Positions 55,621 to 64,000 of a DNA stretch of 64,000 nt are shown here, piece by piece. Under the pieces are notes generated by a model. That model was not told the origin of the DNA. It saw only the letters and a program-made list of their open reading frames with translations, and did no database searches. The stretch is from the human T2T-CHM13v2.0 reference genome, Homo sapiens. A program made the position numbers and the translations under genes. The stretch is from NCBI RefSeq assembly GCF_009914755.1, contig NC_060938.1, one strand, 5' to 3'. Within the stretch, counting starts at the first letter, position 1. Each line of letters starts with the position of its first letter.

Positions 55621-58600
55621 CAACACGAGTGGAATGGAATGGAACGGAATGGAATCAACCCGAGTGGAATTAAATGGAATGTAATGCAATGGGATGGAGT
55701 GGAATCAACCCGAGTGGAATGGAATGTAATGGAATGGAATGAAATGGAACGGATCGGAATGGAATCCAATGGAATCAACTGGAATGGAATGTAATGGAAT
55801 GGAATGGAAAGGAATAAATCCGGGTGGAGTGGAATGGAATGTAATGGAGTGGAATGTAATGGAATTTAGTGGAATGGAATGGAATGGAATGGAATGCAAT
55901 TGAATGAAATGGATTGGATCGGAATATAATCCAATGGAATAAACCGGAATGGAATGGAATGGAATGGAATGAAATGGATTGGATCGGAATGGAATCCAAT
56001 GGAATCAACTGGAATGGAATGGAATGGAATGGAATAAATCCAGGTGGAGTGGAATGGAATGTAATGGAGTGGAACGGAATGGAATTTACTAGAATGGAAT
56101 GCAATGGAATGGAATGGAATGGAATGGAATGGAATTAACCAGAGTGGAATGGAATGGAATGGAATGGAAAGGAATGGAATGGAATGGAATGGAATGGAAT
56201 GGAATCAACCCGAATGGGATGGCATGGAATGGAATGGAATGGAATGGAATCAACCCAAGTGCAATGGAATGGAATGGAATGCCATGCAATCCACCCTAGT
56301 GGAATGGAATGGAAAGGAATGGAATGGAATGAAATGGAATGGAATGGAATGGAATAAACACCAGGGGAATGAAATGGATTGGAATGAAATGGAATGGAAT
56401 GGAATGGAATGGAATGAAATCAACCCGAGTGGAATGGAACGGAATTGAATGGAATGGAAAGGAATGAATGGAATTGAATGGTGTGGAATTAACACGAGAG
56501 GAATGGAATGGAATCGAATGGAACGGAACGGAATGGAAAGGAATGCAATGGAATGGAACGGAACAGAATGGAAAGGAATGGAATGGAATGAAACCGAATG
56601 GAATGGAATGGTTTGGAATTTAATGGAATGGAATCAACCCGAGCCGGAAGGAATGGAATGGAATGGAGTGGAATGAAATGTAATGTAATGTAATGTAATG
56701 TAATGGAACGGAATGGAATCAACACGAATGGAATGGAACGGAATGTAATGGGATGGGAAGGAATGGAATGGAATGGAAGTTGATCAACACGAATGGAATG
56801 GAACGGAATGGAATGGAATGGAATGGAATGAACCCGAATGGAATGGAATGGATTGGAATGGAATGGAATGGAATCAACACGAGCGGAAAGGAATGGAATG
56901 GAATGGAGTGGATTGGAATGGAATGGAATGGAATGGAATGGAATGGAATCAACACGAATGGAATGGAACGGAATGGAATGGGATGGGATGGAATGGAATG
57001 GAGTGGAAGTTAATCAACACGAATGGAATGGAAAGGAATGGAATGGAATGGAATGGAACGGAACGGAAAGGAACGGAATGGAATGGAATGGAATGGAATG
57101 GAATGGAATGGAATGAAATGAAATGGAAAGGAAGCAAATGGAATCAACACGAGTGGAATGGAATGGAATGTAATGCAATGGGATGGAGTGGAATCAACCC
57201 GAGTGGAATGGAATGGAATGGAAAGGAATGGAATGGAATGAAATGGAATGGATCGGAATGGAATCCAATGGAATCAACTGGAATGGAATGGAATGGAATG
57301 TAATGGAATAAATCCTGGTGGAGTGGAATGGAATGTAATGGAGTGGAATGTAATGGAATATAGTGTAATGGAATGGAATGGAATGGAATGGAATGGAATG
57401 GAATGGAATGGAATGAAATGAAATGGATTGGATCGGAATGGAATCCAATGGAATCAACTGGAATGGAATGGCATGGAATGGAATGGAATGGAATGGAATG
57501 GAATGGAATGGAATGGAATAGAATGGAATGGAATAAATCCGGATGGAGTGGAATGGAATGTAATGGAGTGGAATTGAATGGAATTTAGAGCAATGGAATG
57601 GAATGGAATGGAATGGAATGGAATGGAATGGAATGGAATGGAATGGAATCAAACCGAAATGGATGGCATGGAATGGAATTCAATGGAATGGAATGGAATT
57701 GAATGAAAGGGAATCAACCCAAGAGAAATGGAATGGAATGGAATGCACTGGAATCCACCCGAGTGGAATGGAATGGAATGGAATGGAATTGAATGGAATG
57801 GAGTGGAATGGAACGGAATGGAGTGGAATGGATTAAACACCAGGGGAATAAAATGGATTGGAATGAAATGGAATGGAAAGGAATGGAATGGAATGAAATC
57901 AACACGAGTGGAATGGAACGGAATGGAATGGCATGGAAAGGAATGAATGGAATGGAATGGTGTGGAATCAACAGGAGAGGAATGGAATGGAATGGAATGG
58001 AACGGAACGGAATGGAAAGGAATGGAATGGAATGAACCCGAATTTAATGGAATGGATTGGAATGGAATGGAATGGAATCAAGCCGAGTGTAAAGGAATGG
58101 AATGGAATGGATTGGACTGGAATGTAATGGAATGGAATGAAATGGAATGGAATCAACACGAATGGAATGGAACGGAATGGAATTGAAGGGGATGGAATGG
58201 AATGGAATGGAAGTTAATCAACACGAATGGAATGGAACGGAATGGACGGGAATGGAATGGAAAGAACCCAAATGGAATGGAATGGATTGGAATGGAATGG
58301 AATGTAATCAACCCGAGCAGAAAGGAATGGAATGGAATGGAGTGGAATGGAATGTAATGTAATGGAATGGAATGGGATGGAATCAACACGAATGGAATGG
58401 AACGGAATGGAATGGGATGGGATGGAATGGAATGGAATGGAAGTTAATCAACACGAATGGAATGGAAAGGAATGGAATGGAATGGATTGGAACGGAACAG
58501 AACGGAATGGAATGGAATGGAATGGAATAGAATGGAATAAAATGGAAAGGAACGGAATGGAATCAACACGAGTGGATAGGAATGGAACGGAATGGAATCA

Positions 58601-61600
58601 ACCCGAGTGGAATGAAATGGAATGTAATGCAATGGGATGGAGTGGAATAAACCCGAGTGGAATGGAATGGAATGGAATGAAATGGTATGGATTGGAATGG
58701 AATCCAATGGAATCAACTGGAATGGAATGGAATGGAATGGAATAAATCCGGGTGGGGTGGAATGGAATGTAATGGAGTGGAAAGGAATGGAATATAGTGG
58801 AATGGAATGGAATGGAACGGAATGGAATGGAATCAACCCGAATGGAATGGAACGGAATGGAATGGAAAGGAAAGGAATGGAATGGAATGGAATGGAATGG
58901 AATGGAATGGAATGGAATGGAATGGAATGGCATGAAATGGAATGGATCGGAATGGAATCCAACGGAATCAACTGGAATGGAATGGAAGGGAATGGAATGG
59001 AATGGAATGGAATGGAATAAATCCGGGTGGAGTGGAATGGAATGTAATGGAGTGGAATGTAATGGAATTTAGTGGAATGGATTGGAATGGAATGGAATGG
59101 AATGGAATGGAATGAAATGGATTGGATCGGAATGGAATCCAATTGAATCAACTGGAATGGAATGGAATATAATGGAATGGAATAAATCCGGGTCGAGTGG
59201 AATGGAATGTAATGGAGTGGAATGGAATGGAATTTAGTGGAATGGAATGGAATGGAATCAACCCGAATGGAATGGAACGGAATGGAATGGAAAGGAATGG
59301 AATGGAATGGAATGGAATCAACCCGAATGGGATGGCATGGAATGGAATCGAAAGGAATGGACTGGAATGGAATGGAATGGACTGGAATGGAATCAACCCA
59401 AGTGCAATGGAATGGAATGGAATGCAATGGAATCCACCTGAGTGGAATGGAATGGAATGGAATGGAATGGAAAGGAATGGAGTGGAATGGAATGGAATGT
59501 AGTGGAATGGAATAAACACCAGGGGAATGAAATGGATTGGAATGAATTGGAATGGAATGGAATGGAATGGAATGAAATCAACCCGAGTGGAATGGAACAC
59601 AATGGAATGAATGGAAGGGAATGGTGTCGAATCAACACGAGAGGAATGGAATGGAATGGAATGGAAAGGAACGGAATGGAAAGGAAGGGAATGGAATGAA
59701 CCCGAATGGAATGGAATGGAATGGAATGGAATGGAATCAACACGAATGGAATGGCACGGAATGGATTGGGATGGGATGGAACGGAATGGAATGGAATGGA
59801 ATGGAATCAACACGAAAGGAATGGAACGGAATGGAATGGAATGGAAAGGAATGGAATGGAATGGAATGGAATGAACCCGAATGGAATGGAATGGATTGGA
59901 ATGGAATGGAGTGGAATCAACCCGAGCGGAAAGGAATGGAATGGAATGGGGTGGAATGGAATGGAATGGAATGGAATGGAATGGAATCCACACGAATGGA
60001 ATGGAACGGAATGGAATGGGATGGGATGAAATGGAATGGAATGGAAGTTAATCAACACGAATGGAATGGAACGGAATGGAGTGGAATAGAATGGAATGGA
60101 ATGAACCCCAATGGAATGGAATGGATTGGAATGGAATGGAAGGGAATCAACCCGAGCAGAAAGGAATGGAATGGAATGGAGTGGAATGGAATGGAATGTA
60201 ACGGAATGGAATGGAATGGAATCAAAACGAATGGAATGGAACGGAATGAAATGGCAAGGGATGGAATGCAATGGGATGGAAGTTAATCAACACGAATGGA
60301 ATGGAACGGAATGGAATGGAACGGAACGGAATGGATTGGAAAGGAATGGAATGGAATGGAATGGAATGGAATGAAACGGAAAGGAACGGAATGGAATCAA
60401 CACGAGTGGAATGGAATGGAACGGAATGGAATCAACCCGAGTGGAATGAAATGGAATGTAATGTAATGGGATGGAGTGGAATCAACCCGAGTGGAATGGA
60501 ATGTAATGGAATGGAATGAAATGGAACGGATCGGAATGGAATCCAATGGAATCAACTGGAATGGAATGTAATGGAATGGAATGGAAAGGAATAAATCCGG
60601 GTGGAGTGGAATGGAATGTAATGGAGTGGAATGTAATGGAATTTAGTGGAATGGAATGGAATGGAATGGAATGGAATGCAATTGAATGAAATGGATTGGA
60701 TCGGAATATAATCCAATGGAATAAACCAGAATGGAATGGAATGGAATGGAATGAAATGGATTGGATCGGAATGGAATCCAATGGAATCAACTGGAATGGA
60801 ATGGAATGGAATGGAATAAATCCAGGTGGAGTGGAATGGAATGTAATGAAGTGGAACGGAATGGAATTTACTAGAATGGAATGCAATGGAATGGAATGGA
60901 ATGGAATGGAATGGAATTAACCAGAGTGGAATGGAATGGAATGGAATGGAAAGGAATGGAATGGAATGGAATGGAATGGAATCAACCTGAATGGGATGGC
61001 ATGGAATGGAATTGAATGGAATGGAATGGAATGGAATCAACCCAAGTGCAATGGAATGGAATGGAATGCCATGCAATCCACCCTAGTGGAATGGAATGGA
61101 AAGGAATGGAATGGAATGAAATGGAATGGAAAGGAATGGAATAAACACCAGGGGAATGAAATGGATTGGAATGAAATGGAATGGAATGGAATGGAATGGA
61201 ACGGAATTGAATGGAATGGAAAGGAATGAATGGAATTGAATGGTGTGGAATCAACACGAGAGGAATGGAATGGAATCGAATGGAACGGAACGGAATGGAA
61301 AGGAATGCAATGGAATGGAACGGAACAGAATGGAAAGGAATGGAATGGAATGAAACCGAATGGAATGGAATGGTCTGGAATTTAATGGAATGGAATCAAC
61401 CCGAGCGGAAAGGAATGGAATGGAATGCAGTGGAATGAAATGTAATGTAATGTAATGTAATGGAACGGAATGGAATCAACACGCATGGAATGGAACGGAA
61501 TGTAATGGGATGGGAAGGAATGGAATGGAATGGAAGTTCATCAACAGGAATGGAATGGAACGGATTGGAATGGAATGAACCCGAATGGAATGGAATGGAT

Positions 61601-64000
61601 TGGAATGGAATGGAATGGAATCAACACGAGCGGAAAGGAATGGAATGGAATGGAGTGGATTGGAATGGAATGGAATGGAATGGAATGGAATGGAATCAAC
61701 ACGAATGGAATGGAACGGAATGGAATGGGATGGGATGGAATGGAATGGACTGGAAGTTAATCAACACGAATGGAATGGAAAGGAATGGAATGGAATGGAA
61801 TGGAACGGAACGGAAAGGAATGGAATGGAATGGAATGGAATGGAAAGGAATGGAATGGAATGGAATGGAATGAAATGAAATGGAAAGGAAGCAAATGGAA
61901 TCAACACGAGTGGAATGGAATGGAACGGAATGGAATCAACCCGAGTGGAATGAAATGGAATGTAATGCAATGGGATGGAGTGGAATCAACCCGAGTGGAA
62001 TGGAATGGAATGGAAAGGAATGGAATGGAATGAAGTGGAATGGATCGGAATGGAATCCAATGGAATCAACTGGAATGGAATGGAATGGAATGGAATGGAA
62101 TGGAATAAATCCTGGTGGAGTGGAATGGAATGTAATGGAGTGGAATGTAATGGAATATAGTGTAATGGAATGGAATGGAATGGAATGGAATGAAATGGAT
62201 TGGATCGGAATGGAATCCAATGGAATCAACTGGAATGGAATGGCATGGAATGGAATGGAATGGAATGGAAGGGAATGGAATAGAATGGAATGGAATAAAT
62301 CCGGATGGAGTGGAATGGAATGTAATGGAGTGGAATTGAATGGAATTTAGAGCAATGGAATGGAATGGAATGGAATGGAATGGAATGGAATCAAACCGAA
62401 ATGGATGGCATGGAATGGAATTCAATGGAATGGAATGGAATTGAATGAAAGGGAATCAACCCAAGAGAAATGGAATGGAATGGAATGCACTGGAATCCAC
62501 CCGAGTGGAATGGAATGGAATGGAATGGAATTGAATGGAATGGAGTGGAATGGAACGGAATGGAGTGGAATGGATTAAACACCAGGGGAATAAAATGGAT
62601 TGGAATGAAATGGAATGGAAAGGAATGGAATGGAATGAAATCAACACGAGTGGAATGGAACGGAATGGAATGGCATGGAAAGGAATGAATGGAATGGAAT
62701 GGTGTGGAATCAACAGGAGAGGAATGGAATGGAATGGAATGGAAAGGAACGGAATGGAAAGGAATGGAATGGAATGAACCCGAATTTAATGGAATGGATT
62801 GGAAAGGAATGGAATGGAATCAACCCGAGTGTAAAGGAATGGAATGGAATGGATTCGACTGGAATGTAATGGAATGGAATGAAATGGAATGGAATCAACA
62901 CGAATGGAATGGAACGGAATGGAATGGAAGGGGATGGAATGGAATGGAATGGAAGTTAATCAACACGAATGGAATGGAACGGAATGGACGGGAATGGAAT
63001 GGAAAGAACCCGAATGGAATGGAATGGATTGGAATGGAATGGAATGTAATCAACCCGAGCAGAAAGGAATGGAATGGAATGGAGTGGAATGGAATGTAAT
63101 GTAATGGAATGGAATGGGATGGAATCAACACGAATGGAATGGAACGGAATGGAATGGGATGGGATGGAATGGAATGGAATGGAAGTTAATCAACACGAAT
63201 GGAATGGAAAGGAATGGAATGGAATGGATTGGAACGGAACAGAACGGAATGGAATGGAATGGAATGGAATGGAATAGAATGGAATGAAATGGAAAGGAAC
63301 GGAATGGAATCAACACGAGTGTATAGGAATGGAACGGAATGGAATCAACCCGAGTGGAATGAAATGGAATGTAATGCAATGGGATGGAGTGGAATAAACC
63401 CGAGTGGAATGGAATGGAATGGAATGAAATGGTATGGATTGGAATGGAATCCAATGGAATCAACTGGAATGGAATGGAATGGAATGGAATAAATCCGGGT
63501 GGGGTGGAATGGAATGTAATGGAGTGGAAAGGAATGGAATATAGTGGAATGGAATGGAATGGAACGGAATGGAATGGAATCAACCCGAATGGAATGGAAC
63601 GGAATGGAATGGAAAGGAAAGGAATGGAATGGAATGGAATGGAATGGAATGGAATGGAATGGAATGGAATGGAATGGCATGAAATGGAATGGATCGGAAT
63701 GGAATCCAACGGAATCAACTGGAATGGAATGGAAGGGAATGGAATGGAATGGAATGGAATGGAATAAATCCGGGTGGAGTGGAATGGAATGTAATGGAGT
63801 GGAATGTAATGGAATTTAGTGGAATGGATTGGAATGGAATGGAATGGAATGGAATGGAATGAAATGGATTGGATCGGAATGGAATCCAATTGAATCAACT
63901 GGAATGCAATGGAATATAATGGAATGGAATAAATCCGGGTCGAGTGGAATGGAATGTAATGGAGTGGAATGGAATGGAATTTAGTGGAATGGAATGGAAT
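55620..64000 (+). repeat. Tandem copies of the about 4.75-kb unit D (about 55620-60370 complete; 60371-64000 partial, running off the right edge)
   Basis: GAATTC 57676/62418 (offset 4742). ORF pairs 55914/60696, 57649/62391, 58147/62889 and 58637/63384. Confidence 0.92.

Larger units (their letters stand above)
1..64000 (+). repeat. Classical Satellite III (HSat3) array, (GGAAT)n / (CATTC)n; pericentromeric or acrocentric-type heterochromatin
   Basis: Seen: GGAAT pentamers and single-base variants run uninterrupted from end to end, with frequent CAACCCGAGT/CAACCCGAAT/CAACACGAAT decamers. Established: a CATTC pentamer interspersed with A(T/C)TCGGGTTG (the reverse complement of these decamers) defines Satellite III. 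HSat2-type CATTCGATTC/CGAT-rich repeats do not dominate. Chromosome, subfamily and species cannot be fixed without a search. Confidence 0.97.

Noticed and set aside
117-63898. Hundreds of ORFs of 60-400 aa on both strands
   Set aside because: (GGAAT)n has no stop codon in any frame and supplies an ATG every 5 bp. The ORFs overlap in all frames, are low-complexity MEWNG/FHSIP repeats and show no domain or frame preference.
1-64000. CRISPR-like pattern of recurring motifs separated by 'spacers'
   Set aside because: The intervening sequence is GGAAT repeat rather than unique spacers. Spacing is irregular, and there are no cas genes or leader.
1-64000. Telomeric repeat, alpha satellite/CENP-B boxes or HSat2
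   Set aside because: There are no TTAGGG arrays, no 171-bp monomer and no CENP-B box. The decamer content fits HSat3 rather than HSat2.
1-64000. EWS-FLI1-type GGAA microsatellite or G-quadruplex array
   Set aside because: The period is 5 (GGAAT), not tandem GGAA. G-tracts are mostly GG, and I saw no cluster of four closely spaced GGG runs.
1-64000. Embedded transposon or unique-sequence insertion
   Set aside because: Every stretch I read parses into GGAAT-derived pentamers. There is no poly(A) tail, target-site duplication or Alu/L1-like segment.
1-64000. Assignment to a specific chromosome or HSat3 subfamily (e.g. DYZ1 3.6-kb or chr15 1.8-kb units)
   Set aside because: No regular 3.6-kb or 1.8-kb period is evident. 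Assignment needs k-mer comparison with reference arrays, which I cannot run.

Overview
The whole window is pentameric (GGAAT)n satellite with recurring CAACCCGA(G/A)T / CAACACGA(G/A)T decamers. This is the signature of human (or great-ape) classical Satellite III (HSat3), here given on its purine-rich strand. I see no strand inversion, unique-sequence island, transposon, RNA gene or credible protein-coding gene. All ORFs (MEWNG / FHSIP repeats) follow from a stop-free 5-bp period. The real information is in nested repeat architecture. (1) An ordered cycle of variant motifs forms an irregular unit of about 1.3 kb mean length (about 50 copies by manual count). (2) Small tandem duplications of 50-145 bp occur. 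(3) Large recent duplications occur with offsets of about 10.6, 16.0, 8.3, 3.2, 16.8, 8.9 and 4.75 kb, and they are mosaic with respect to diagnostic variants. All roughly 63 breaks in the 5-bp register are -1 events. I found no evidence of a new gene-encoded system. Duplication boundaries were read by eye and are approximate (about +/-50 bp).
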